Assembly (NCBI GenBank): GCA_964035545.1
Contig: OZ037772.1
Location: forward strand, 2,914,001 to 2,978,000
Length of the DNA: 64,000 nt
Direction: 5' to 3'
Source: Bugula neritina
Lineage: Eukaryota; Animalia; Bryozoa
In this document: positions 14,018 to 26,177 of the stretch, in pieces
How positions within the stretch are numbered: position 1 is the stretch's first letter
Layout of the letters: the number at the start of each line of letters is the position of its first letter
Translations under genes and position numbers: made by a program
Notes under the pieces: model-generated
Told to the model about the DNA's origin: nothing
The model's database searches: none
What the model saw: the letters and a program-made list of their open reading frames with translations, nothing else

Positions 14018-14210
14018 GGGGAGCAGCTGTGGTCTAGGGGTTAGAGCGTTTGTCTAGTGAACACGAAGCCATTGTTTGACAAAGGCCATTGGTGACGTTA
14101 GAAAGAGCATCTAGTCATAATTGCTCCTGTGCCACATCTAAATAAGTCCTTAGCCTGTTTTAACAAAAATGCTTTCCACCAGGAGTCTCTCACAAGGTTG
14201 GTGACTATAC
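14018..14210 (+). mobile_element. Probable tRNA-derived SINE (degenerate)
   Basis: Head ggggagcagctgtggtctaggggttagagcg has a Pol III A-box-like motif, followed by a SINE-like body (ggtgacgttagaaagagcatctagtc). The B box is not clear and the 3' end is approximate. Confidence 0.5.
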
Positions 14211-16365
14211 CCTGATATCTAGATATACTAAGTTGAGACTTGTCTTCTACTGGTCCATACAGTTCAAATATGATAAACACATGTATAAATACAATAATCT
14301 ATTCATAGCCCATAGTCTAACCACCAACAAGGACGAATAAATAAGACGTGGCCTGACACTACTACTACAACTTATATAACTTATACACAGCAGACTGTTA
14401 GGAGTATTTGAATCTGAGGCTATCCAATGTATGAGTAGGGCAGCCCTAAATGTAGGATATTGGAATACCATGTCTTATTACTTCAGTCTAAAGCAGTTCT
14501 TATACCTTCACGATTTTCAGTCAGAAATTCAATTTTGATGAGTTGCATTTCATTGTAAAAGCCAATCATCAAAATTTTTGCTTTGTGCATGCTTAATCAA
14601 ATAATTTTAGAGTAACAATCAAAGGGAATGATAACTCTTTTAGATATGGGGTATTCATGTTTATAATTACATCGGCTGTCTTTTTCAATTATCACTTTTA
14701 TGCTGTCAACTTAATTTATTACGTTTTCAAAGGGCATCAAATAGTGATTAAGCGAGATATATTTGAGTATTGCAGAGTGAGCTTCCTTATTAATATGATT
14801 TCAACAATTTTAAGTAAGACTATAGCGGGGCGGGAAACACTAAACTCCTTTCAGTAAAGATAGAAACGCAACTTCAGTTTAAACTGCTTACACACATAAC
14901 TGTGTGTTCACTACCGAGCAGTGTACACTGATAAATCAGTGCTATAACTGAAACTTGTAAGTAAAGGAATAAAGAGCTCAATTGAGTATAAAATGTAGAG
15001 AATAATTGAACTGAACCTTTCTTATGGCCAACTGGTGTGTCCACGTTATACGTTACTACAGCCTTCTCCTTTTTCTCTTTCACTTTTTTCTAGAAAAAAA
15101 AATCAAATTTGAAGAAAATAAAATGGAAATTGTTAACTACAGATAGACAACTTCCAAGTAAAAGTACAGCCATACAGTCGCAATACGAATATGTAATTCA
15201 AGTAACACTTTCATGTAGAAGTACAACCATAAATATGAATAGAAAGTAACACAAATATATACATTTAGGAGCAGTAGTGTAGAAATCGAGATAGCCTAGG
15301 TTCTTAAATCTTATTATCAAATTTTGGTTTGAGGTTCGGGTTGAAATTCTGACAAGAACATAACTTCTTATGCTACATTTCTAATCTAGAACACAGGCTT
15401 TCTCAATTTCTCCATTACTGCACCTACCTCAGTATATATAGAATCTGTAACTAACTAAACAGACACCTCAGTAGTCGTGGCAGACTCTGCCTTCTGTTTA
15501 GCCTGCTTAGCTTGAAACTTGGTTAACTTAGCAGCTTTAGCAGCTTCTTTCTTCAACTCTTTCTCAGATTTCACCTTGACCTCGCCAGTTGGCGCATCAC
15601 CAGGGGTCACTTCCGACATGTTCGTTTATTGTGAGACTTTCCTTAAAACACAATCAGCCGGCATGGAACTAATAGATATCTCAATACTAAACATACAAAC
15701 TATTGACCCAGTATAGTTATAGACAGATATCTTAATACTAATAATATAAACTAATGGCTCAGTATTGCCTTAGTTATGCGTGGGGGTTCAGTGATAAACG
15801 CCTAGAAACCACACAGTTCAATAATGAAAGACTGTGACTTTTCACGAACAGACATCTCATCTCTGATTCTGATGAAAAATCACAAAATTTTCAGACAAAC
15901 GATACTGCATTTCAACTTTGGGACGATCACATAATAATAATCATTGTCATTTGAAAGATTCTGCTAAAATCAAAGTGCCGATGTTAATCACAAGGTCAAC
16001 CATAAATGACTCAGTCTGATGACTGACGGTTATGCTTAATGATTAATTAGTAATATGAATAGATTGCAAGTGATCAGCATGATGATGGTGATGATTGCTT
16101 TTCACCATCAAAGGTCAAACTTTGTAATTGCAGCTTGAAATGTAAAATTTAATAATATTACTTTTATTTAATTATACAAGTATAACTTACTATCATAACA
16201 ACATTCAACTTTATGTAGTCATTATAAACATGATAATGGTTTACCTTTTACTGCAGGTAATCATTATACTATTCACGATTATAAATATAATTAATATAAT
16301 TGTATTTATTGAAACTAAAATAATAAGGTAAACTAAATGAATTATCGACATGAGTGTGAGTATGA

Positions 16366-16750
16366 GTAAGCCACAACTAGAAGGTGCAGCAGCAATTTGA
16401 GATCCCCGTTTGCAATACCTCATCAAAGATATAGAACAGGTGCAAAATAATGCAATCAGATTCATTGCTAAATTGAAAGGCAGAGACAGTATCACTGTGA
16501 CGCGTGACAAACTAAACCTAGAATCTCTCCCCGACAGACGCTTCAAGCTGAGGCACAAGTTACTGTTGCGACTTCTATCTAATGAGGGAAATCAGGCATC
16601 TCTAACCAACTCCTATGAACTGATGGACAGTAAAACCTAAAATACTAGGTTTACTAAGGCATCAAGCAGGGACGATCCCCAACCATTTTTGCAAAATCAG
16701 CAGCCTACTACAGCAGCTTCTTTCCAAAAACAGCCCGGGAGCTTAAATCT
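16366..16750 (+). mobile_element. 5'-truncated CR1/L2-group LINE, ORF2 C-terminal remnant
   Basis: KPQLEGAAAI*DP..IKDIEQVQNNAIRFI..SITVTRDKLNLESLPDRR..L and YYSSFFPKT match the RPxLEYa..W.P..LExVQ..A.RF..L..RR / SFFPRT tail of CR1-type ORF2; contains stops. Confidence 0.85.
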
Positions 16751-18113
16751 ATGCTAAATAATTAGTCAATACACCAGAGTTGTATATGTGCAACATACTG
16801 AAAATACTTGCTAGCCTGTAATCGGCAACTGTAGAGGTGTGCCTCTTGCTACATGCTCTAATGCGTGTAAGAGGTAAGAGGACTATCAATATGACTATCA
16901 ATATTAGTAGAAGTACCCAAGTACCAGTAAACATAGTAGCTGTAGAAAGTCTATCCCAATCAGTAACTGTAAGCCGTGAGGGCTGAGACTATAACTAGGA
17001 ATATAAAAAACTATAACTTGAGTATAACTAATCGAAGGTGAGTTAACATAAATTAAAAAATAATAAATATAATTACTACAACATCAAAATGAAATATGCA
17101 TTATAAATATTTATATTTTAATTTTATAATAATTTTTTAATTTATTTATATCATTTTATTTAGGTTCATCACCTTTCATTATGATTAATGAAATTCATAA
17201 ATCATATTCATAACGATAATCACTCGGATAATGATAATCACTTAAAAAAAATTGATAAACCCATAATCATAATGATTATTATTATCATTTATCGCTTATC
17301 AGTGATAATCATAATCAATGATTAAATCATAATGATAATCTTGATCATAATCAATATGAATATCAATATCATGTTATACTTATTCAATAATTATAATTGA
17401 TTGATTCTTATTCATATTAATAATTATAATCATAATGAATAAAAAATTATATTAACACTACAACTTACTTAATTAGAGTATCACTATTACTATTAGTATT
17501 AGTATTAGTATTACTTACAACTTGCTTATGCAAGGGAATTAAATTTTTAAAGCGTAGCATCCTTCTCAAGCAAAATAAGGATAATAAGTTTCGTCAAATT
17601 GAGTTAAAAACTACAACTTATAAGTCACAAGTATAAAGCAACTTATGCTCAGTCATCACTAATCCTAGTGGGTACGGCAAGCATATAGCATAATTTATTT
17701 CACAATGCGACAAGATTATCTAGACGGTGCGCCTCTCATTGTACTTAAGCAATATTCAATTGTACGGTTTTTATGACTTTAAAATCCGTTTTTGAGAAGC
17801 AAGGCTAGATCGATATTGACTCGCTAAGAGTTTTCGTAAACCCGGAAACTACAACTTTTAACTTGACCGCAAAGCTGGAAGTACGATAAGCGTCGCCGTA
17901 TTGATTTCAGGCGAATTTTAGTTGATTTCTTTCAAACTGCTGAGAAGTAATATTTGCTTCCATTTTATGTCTGATCGCGATGCAATTATAAATGTTCCTA
18001 ATTCAATCAATATTATGAAATAATTAATGTAGGAAATTCAATTTTGACTATATAGAATAATCTCAATCTGAATAAGTATTATGTATTTATTGTAACACTT
18101 GCACATCGTCTTA

Positions 18114-19290
18114 GCCTAGGGCCACACGACGCGTATTTTCGCACTCGTCGTGTGCAAAATGTCGCAAAAGTGAAAAAAGGAGTTTACTGTACGCGAATTT
18201 CATGCGTTGAAAATGCTGAACGGCAAGTGCGAAGATTTTTCTGTCGTCCTTACCTAATTGGCTGGTAGTTATTTAGCGAGCCCGGTTTTCCTAATTTGCT
18301 ACTCTTTCCATTAAATTGCGCATTATTTGTTGTATAGCGAGTAATATTTAAAAAGCAACATTTCTAGCCGTGTAAGTTTTCTACTTTCTGTGTATGTTTC
18401 TGCTATTCAGAATAGTCAAATTGATGTAATCAAACATTTTATAGATAAAAATGAACTGGCAAGAGAAGTTGATTAATGCAGTGAGTAATTTTCTTTACAA
18501 TTCTTATAAAATTTGTGATAAAAAATGGCACTTTTTCAATTTCTCCGTGAGTTTCACTATGTCATTCATTCAAAGTCAGTCATTCAGATTCAGTTATACT
18601 TATTGGCAATACTCATACTCATAGTGATAGTCGAACTCAATCAGTCAATGTGAATGTCATAGTGATACTAGTGTTGGTCAGTACTGCACATCATCCAACA
18701 CGTAATAATAGTTCAATTCATCATTTATACTATTTGTTGTTCTAATTTCAGGTCAGGGAAAGACCATGCTTGTGGGACAAGAATCATAAACACTACATGT
18801 ATAAAACTGTGAAAGAAAATAACTGGAAAGATGTTAGCAAAGAATTAGGAAATTTATTTGATGGTAGTTTATCAGTTTAATGAAGTAATTATGTCTATTG
18901 TAATCAGATATTTAATCTACCACTTTTCAAGTTTACTTTTGACTTTTATAATCTTTAGAAAAAGCATGTGCTCTGAAGTATCGGAACTTGCGGGACACCT
19001 ACGTGAGACTGAAAAGAGAACAGTTAAAAGTACCCAGTGGCTCTAGTCCAATTGAACCGCCAAAATGGCCTTTTTTTCAATTGTTCAGCTTCGTGGATAA
19101 TAAGAGTGGTGCAGAAAGGTTGGTTTGTCCTTACGTTAAGTAGTTTATTTATTTTTTCAACAAACAAACTTTAAAAATTATAAAATAATTTAATACACAT
19201 CAAGTAATTTATTTTGCAGTAGTATAGCTGACAATATGCCATCAGAGGATATCGTGCAAGAACTTGCGACCACTGATACAGATACAGCGA
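18114..19290 (+). mobile_element. PIF/Harbinger-like DNA transposon, left part only (copy A-specific)
   Basis: Homology to copy B stops exactly after TTA (18111-18113 = 49952-49954), a TWA Harbinger-type target. The insert starts GCCTAGGGCCACACGAC and encodes a MADF protein, the typical Harbinger accessory ORF. The transposase and right end are missing. Confidence 0.8.
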
Positions 19291-19301
19291 CAGGGGTGTA
19301 G
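18451..19301 (+). CDS. MADF (Myb/SANT-like, Adf-1 type) DNA-binding protein, 127 aa, transposon-derived
   Basis: Exons 18451-18480, 18752-18863, 18959-19118 and 19220-19301 give MNWQEKLINAVRERPCLWDKNHKHYMYKTVKENNWKDVSKELG..KYRNLRDTYVR..SGS..KWPFFQLFSFV, a canonical MADF pattern. All introns are GT-AG. The stop TAG lies in the adjacent minisatellite. Confidence 0.85.
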
Positions 19302-19596
19302 ACAGACTAAACTAGACAGGGGTGTAGACAGACTAAACTACACAGGGGTGTAGACAAACTAAACTAGACAGGGGTGTAGACAAACTAAACTAGACAGGGG
19401 TGTAGACAGACTAAACTACACAGGGGTGTAGACAAACTAAACTAGACAGGGGTGTAGACAAACTAAACTAGACAGGGGTGTAGGCAGAATAAAATACACA
19501 GGGCTGTAGACAGACTAAACTAGACAGGGGTGTAGACAGAATAAAATACACAGGGCTGTAAACAGACTAAACTACACTGGGGTGTAGACAGACAAA
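19290..19596. repeat. 26-bp minisatellite (acaggggtgtagacagactaaactag), ~12 copies
   Basis: Period 26 (19291, 19317); ~6 copies in copy B. Confidence 0.95.
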
Positions 19597-19907
19597 ACTT
19601 ACTACAAACTTATAACTACCTTGTGTCATGATGTCTTTGTTCTCTCTTATAATTTGACCTTTATTTAGGGAGCAGATTTCAAGTGGGCTATTCTATAGTG
19701 ACCAGTCACACTGTTTATTATAGCAACATAGAAATCAAGTTGAAAACTAGTTGCACCTGTTGTGATGCTATCAATGGGTGCTTACAGGTAGAGATGGAGT
19801 ACCTGGACCTGTTGAGATCGGTTATCAGGGTAAACAAGGAGATCAAGGTCCTGCAGGTAAGAATGAGGAGTTACTCACCCTTGCTTGTGTATTTCTGTTC
19901 TTTTTAG

Positions 19908-20152
19908 GTATTCTATAATATGCTGGGGTTTCCCTCACAGCTATTATATATGCTGGAATTCCCCTCACACCTATGATATATGCCGGGGTTTCCCTCACAG
20001 CTATGCTATATGCTGGGGTTTCCCTCACAGCTATTATATATGCTGGAATTCCCCTCACACCTATGCTATATGCCGGGGTTTCCCTCACAGATATTCTATA
20101 TGCTGGGGTTTCCCTCACAGATATGCTATATGCTGGGGTTCTCCTCACAGCT
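19908..20152. repeat. 30-bp minisatellite (tatatgctggggtttccctcacagctatgc), ~8 copies
   Basis: Tandem array in A; only one unit at the matching site in B (~56905-56938). Confidence 0.93.
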
Positions 20153-23100
20153 AGTCTGCACTAAGGCAGGGAGTAGGCTAAGTAATCATATTGAATCCCA
20201 GCAGTGCTTGTTACTTCAACTGACAGGATTACTGTGTATGATAGTTACTCTGAGTGGTTTCCATGGATCATTTTTACCATATTGTTTGCCACATGATGCA
20301 TTGTCTTAGTAAAAACAAGAAAACAAAGAAATATACCAGAAATGTTGAGAATTGTGGTGTTCCAGAATTAATAAATGACCACTTGTAATGCGTACTGGTG
20401 CTGCTTGGTTCATAGGACCTGTCGAACAAGCTGGAGAACCTGGTCTGGATGGCAGAAATGGAAAGACAGGAGAAACTGCACGAACTAGTATGCCTGGTCC
20501 AACCGGCTCAAGGGGGGTCACTGGAGAACCCGGATCTGATGGAAGGTATTTTTTGTGCTTTACTCTACCCTATGCAGCTTCTTGGAACTTTTTATTTGAT
20601 TTAGTTTTTATAATTTGTTATCAATTTTTTCAGAGACGGTTTACCTGGAGTACCGGGTGCTGATGGTAGACCTGGGGAGCAGGGTGATCAAGGAGACAAG
20701 GGTGATAAGGTAAGAACATTCTTTATTCAGTTTTCTATTTATTTCAGTTCTCTGGTTTTCCACTAGTCAATCCTGTAGTTGTTTATTTGTTTTAGTTTAT
20801 TTATGTTAATACTAAAGTTGCTTCAGTGACATCACATGATGTAATATATTACATAACAGTGCAGTATAATACACCATAATATAATATGTTATACAATACA
20901 ATAATATTACAGAAAATATAATTCACTAATATCTCACAGCTAAGGTGTGTCTCCTAAATATATTCATTACTATAGGGACCAGCTGGGCCACAGGGTGCTT
21001 CTGGACCAACTGGATTGTCTGGGCCAACTGGTCCTCAGGGACCCCAGGGAGCTTCCGGGAATTCCCGGCGAACAAGGACCTAAAGGTATGAATTAAGTTG
21101 AACCAATCTTTGTCCTTAGTTATTGGCCATCAACAGAATCTTGACTCTAAGAGTTATCCTACTTGGTAAGAAGGTAAGGCAATTCCTAACTCATGATAAT
21201 ATGAATATCATCTGCTGTTGTAAGACCCACTGGTTTCCAGGGACCTCAGGGATTCCTCGGAGCTCCTGGTGTTGATGGTTAAAGGGGAGATGTTGGATCA
21301 GTTGGCATTGCTGGACCACCCGGGCTACGGGGTGCTGACGGCAAAGAAGGAATAACTGGTCTTCTGGTGCTATGGGACCACCTGGACCTGATGGTGCTAA
21401 GGTAAACACTTACACTGTTAGCAGGTTATTGTTATTCATCTTGTTGGTTTAGTGGTAATAAACCAATAGTTCTAGGGTGAGCAAAGGAGAGTTGGGGAAA
21501 TGGGTAGTCCTGGCAGTCCTGGACCTCCTGGACCACCTGGTGAAGCCCCAGTATTTGGTTAGTTATTAGCAAAGCCAAGTTATTGTCCATTACTTGTATC
21601 TTTTTTTATTTTCTTTCAACTGTTTATTGGTAATATTTTGGGAATTTCATCCATAGCCTGTGGTTGAAGCTTTATTTTATTCTACCATGGGTTATGTTAG
21701 GTGCGCCCCCTATGATGATGAGTGCAATGATGTCCAACGGTAAAGGTGTACAAGCAGATGATGCAGGCGCCAACAATGAGCTCTATAATATGTACCTCAG
21801 TGAGTAATGGTCATGATGTGCTTTGATGTTGCCTGCTTTGTAGTGGAAAAGATCTTTTAAATAGTGTTTTGGAACTCAAATGACGGACCTGTTTCAAATT
21901 GTGTGTATGTTTTTACAGACAAACAATTTTATAATTTACTGCTAGAAACTATTGTAATAAAAATATAGACAGCTGTTATAATGTATTTTTCCTCCTAGCA
22001 TTGATGATTGACATTCTTGTTTGATGAGTCACCTATTTAGTTCGTTTCTCCAGTTAAATGTTTCTACATTCTGACATATTATATAATGTTGATTTATTGC
22101 TGTTAGCTTACATAACTACTTCCACTTTATTTCTCTAGAAACAGAAGTAAGAGACGGGTCCAAAGACGGCCCTGTTAGAGACTGTAGAGAACTCTTCACT
22201 GAAAACCCAGACTTCAAAAGTGGAACTTATTGGGTGAGATAAGATGCTGATATGTTTCTATTTTCTCTGCTCAGAAGAAATCTGCATCCAAGTCTAATGA
22301 CTGAAATTTTGTGAACATGTTTTACATTCTACAATTACTACTCCTGAGGTGTCAATATCATGTCACGTGAAGTTTCCACAGATATTTAATGTTTAAGAAT
22401 AAGAGTTTTTCCATGAGTTGCCTGTATTATATAATTCTGTATATTTAACAGCTGAACAGGTTTTAGAAGTTTTATGTGATGTTTGTATTGTGTTAGTGTG
22501 AAAAAGAGAAGTTGTATTCTCTATTGTTTGTTGTCAGGTGGATCCAGATGGTGGCTCCATAGCTAATGCTATCCAGGCTTACTGTCGCAAGGAAAGGAAG
22601 AGCACTTGTATTAATGCCAATACCTCTGAGTTTGCCACCAAATCGTACGTCACCCAGCAGCTAGATAATCAGCCATTCGTTGCTAAACACATGGGAACAA
22701 CAATTGTGAGTGTTTATCTTGCATCAACCATGACTTTCTCAGTAATACTTGAGAATATTCAAAAGTTTTATGTTGAGAATTGTCGCTATAGTAACATATT
22801 TGTTTACTGTATGGATGTTGATAAGTGTTGCTATAGTAACATGTTGGTTTCCTGTATGGATGTTGATAAGTGTTGCTATAGTAACATGTTGGTTTCCTGT
22901 ATGGATTGTAGTTTGAGTATCAGGCAGAGTCTTCCCAACTCAACTTCCTTCGAATTCATTCTGAGAGAGCAAAGCAAACCCTGACTTACAGGTAATAGTC
23001 ACTGCTAGCAGCTTATCAAATAGTCACTAGTTGCTAGTCACCAGTTGCTAGTTGCCAATCACCAGATACTAGTCCTCTACTATGTTGCAAGTCACTTGAT

Positions 23101-23310
23101 AATCTGAACAATCACAGGCTTTTTTAAGCTGAGCGAGTTGTTGGTATGACTATTCCTTTTGTCGATTGTAGATGTATAAACTCAGTGGCGGTAGAAGACG
23201 CATACGGTAGGAAGAATAAGTCAGTCATTTTATATACAGCTGGTGATAAAGAATACACAGCGACAGATAGCAGGTTTCAATATTCAGTGCTGCAGGATGA
23301 TTGCAAGGTA

Positions 23311-23405
23311 TGTAAATGTGACCTATATAATGTAAATCTGACCTATATAGTGTAAACCTGATCTATATAGTGTAAATCTGACTTCTATAGTGTGAATATG
23401 ACCTG
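23311..23405. repeat. 20-bp minisatellite (tgtaaatctgacctatatag)
   Basis: ~5 units starting at a collagen splice donor; ~11 units in B. Confidence 0.88.
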
Positions 23406-24425
23406 CATATGCACATGATTGCGATAGTTGCATCTTTTGTTCTATTAATTTACTGTGGAGCTTGCTTTTGAGGCTTGTAATAAATGTTTACGAGTTCAAC
23501 CCAAAAGCCACTTTGAGTGCTGTACGAGTTTAGAGTTTTGAGTTTGCCGTCTGCCATTTTGTAGTATGCCAAATCATCAGAAGCTCAGACAGTGATTGAG
23601 ATCGACACCAAGACCGCCACCCACTTGCCTATTATTGACATTGCTCCTGGTGACATCGGGACCACCCACAAAGAGTTTGGGGTTCAGCTTGGAGAAGTCT
23701 GCTTTTCATAGACTCATATCTAACAACAGTTTTATTTGTCTGATTTGTAAGACTGTCCCTGATTAGATAATTAGTGGCCAATCAGAGAATTCAATCAATG
23801 TTGGTTGGCTGAGACCAGCAGTCTGATTCTTATATAACCTAATTTTTAAATGAAATATTTGATTACTCTAAATAAATTTATCCGAGACTTCCAAGGCAGT
23901 GATGGTGATTTTTGTACATATAAATTTGAAGGAGTTTAGCTATAGGGTTTATGCTGTTCTTTTAATTATTCCACCATAACCTGAGATTGTGAGTAGTAGT
24001 TCTAGAATGAGGTAGGGAGGGTGTAACGCCCTTCCCTATGACTTTATATATTTAGAAACTGTTGTTAATTTAGTAATTCTGTTGGTGCTACATTTTTAAA
24101 TTCATTTAATCCAACCATTTCTCTATTACAAAATATATTTTACCATAAGGTGCTACACAATTTATTTCTCAGCTTGTAGATTTCATCATCAAAATTATTG
24201 AAGTAATAAAATTGGTCAAGAATTTGAAAGAAGCTGCAGTTTTCAGATCTGATTATTTAACCTATTCATCCTGAAATGAGACATTGTTAGTTTAAAATGG
24301 AATTTAACATATATTTTAGTTACTTAGTTCCAACTGTGTTGACCATATCCACATTTTAAATTTTACTTTGGCTGCTATGAAGTATATAAGCAAATGGCAT
24401 TGAGTTATTAATATATAATAAGGTT

Positions 24426-24776
24426 TGCAAAGACTTAACATACCAAGCAACTGTGACAAGACATGACAATAACTCCAGCCAATCATACATATCATACATA
24501 CATCATACATAGCCTAAAATGGATCATTTTAAAAATTTGTAAATCATACTCAAACCTAATCAACAGCTTTAACTTATGTAGCTATGAGAAATATGTAATT
24601 TTTAAACAACCGGAGTTATCCACTCTCAACAAACGCAAAGAGCGAAGTGTGAAAATTCCACGCTAGTGACCTGCCACACACAGTGCGTGTGTTGCGAGTG
24701 CAAAATATTATTAGCAAATGATGTTAGCGTTAAACTTTACTGCTCGCCTACAGATGTTTGTTTTTAAACAGCGTCA
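24426..24776 (+). mobile_element. Penelope-like element GIY-YIG endonuclease remnant (internally deleted, copy A)
   Basis: CKDLTYQATVTRHDNNSSQSY, then a deletion, then SLKWIILKICKSYSNLINSFNLCSYEKYVIFKQPELSTLNKRKE. The fuller version is in copy B. Confidence 0.75.
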
Positions 24777-26065
24777 CTATGTTATACAGTATATTATGTC
24801 ATACAGTATATTATGTCATACAGTATACTATGTTATACAGTATATTATGTTATACAGTATATTATGTTATACAGTATATTATGTTATACAGTATACTATG
24901 TTATACAGTATACTATGTTATACAGTATAGTATGTTATACAGTATACTATGTTATACAGTATATCATGTTATACAGTATACTATGTTATACAGTATATTA
25001 TGTTATACAGTATATTATGTTATACAGTATACTATGTTATACAGTATACTATGTTATACAGTATATTATGTTATACAGTATATTATGTTATACAGTATAC
25101 TATGTTATACGGTATATTATGTTATACGGTATACTATGTTATACAGTATACTATGTTATACAGTATACTATGTTATACAGTATACTATGTTATACAGTAT
25201 ACTATGTTATACAGTATACTATGTTATACAGTATACTATGTTATACAGTATATTATGTTATACAGTATACTATGTTATACAGTATATTATGTTATACAGT
25301 ATATACTATGTTATACAGTATACTATGTTATACAGTATATATTATGTTATACAGTATATTATGTTATACAGTATACTATGTTATACAGTATACTATGTTA
25401 TACAGTATATTATGTTATACAGTATATTATGTTATACAGTATATTATGTTATACAGTATACTATGTTATACAGTATATTATACAGTATACTATGTTATAC
25501 AGTATATTATGTTATACAGTATACTATGTTATACAGTATATTATGTTATACAGTATATTATGTTATACAGTATACTATGTTATACAGTGTATTATGTTAT
25601 ACATTATACTATGCTATACAGTATACTACGTTATACAGTATATTATGTTATACAGTATATTATGTTATACAGTATACTATGTTATACATTATACTATGCT
25701 ATACAGTATACTACGTTATACAGTATATTATGTTATACAGTATATTATGTTATACAGTATTCTATGTTATACAGTATAATATGTCATACAGTATACTATG
25801 TTATACTGTATATTATGTCATACAGTATATTATGTTATACAGTATACTATGTTATACAGTATATTATGTTATACACTATACTATGTTATACAGTATATTA
25901 TGTTATACAGTATACTATGTTATACAGTATATATTATGTTATACAGTATACTATGTTATACAGTATTTTATGTTATACAGTATACTATGTTATACAGTAT
26001 ATATTATGTTATACAGTATATTATGTTATACAGTATACTATGTTATACATTATATTATGTTATAT
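24777..26065. repeat. 17-bp satellite (tatgttatacagtata[c/t]), ~75 units
   Basis: Tandem 17-mers; source of the long repetitive MLYSILCYTVYYVIQY ORFs. Confidence 0.98.
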
Positions 26066-26177
26066 TAATCAACATACAAATGAGATGCTCTTGTCAGTCT
26101 ATAATGATGAATATTATACACTGGAACTGGGTTACTCTCTCGCCTCCCCTCACTGCAGCTCAGCTGGACCAGATCTT

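Larger units (their letters stand above)
9785..15619 (-). pseudogene. VARS1: Valyl-tRNA synthetase (cytosolic type) partial pseudogene, copy A
   Basis: Exons 15619-15467, 15089-15017, 13989-13882 ([10 protein letters not shown]), remnant ~13745-13717, 13349-13185 ([16 protein letters not shown]), 12907-12826, 12654-12535 ([12 protein letters not shown]), 12230-12077 ([10 protein letters not shown]), 11506-11372 ([11 protein letters not shown]) and 9946-9785 ([16 protein letters not shown]). The HIGH-motif exon is mostly deleted, the acceptor AG is mutated at 12909, and the KPQWYV exon is absent. No KMSKS or anticodon-binding exons follow. Confidence 0.93.
19788..23711 (+). pseudogene. Fibrillar collagen alpha chain, 5'-truncated; triple helix disrupted, COLFI exons still open (copy A)
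   Basis: Gly-X-Y exons carry Gly substitutions, frameshifts (~21054, ~21305, ~21360) and a TAA (~21280). Telopeptide exon 21701-21799 has QA-DDA, resembling a BMP-1 cleavage site. COLFI exons 22139-22233 (GSKDGPVRDCREL..KSGTYW), 22538-22705, 22912-22991, 23172-23307 and 23565-23711 (LPIIDIAPGDIG..EFGVQLGEVCFS*). AATAAA at 23871. Confidence 0.9.
1..26066 (+). repeat. Segmental duplication, copy A (begins upstream of the window)
   Basis: ttttataatggcagttt at 1 recurs at 31115. Collinear homology runs through the TRIM, ValRS, collagen, Penelope and 17-bp satellite blocks. Confidence 0.97.

Noticed and set aside
14018-14100. tRNA gene
   Set aside because: Only an A-box-like head is present, with no cloverleaf or clear B box; treated as a SINE.
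15870-16025. CTGATGA motifs as hammerhead ribozyme cores (also 30621)
   Set aside because: No correctly placed stem II-GAAA or closing helices could be built.
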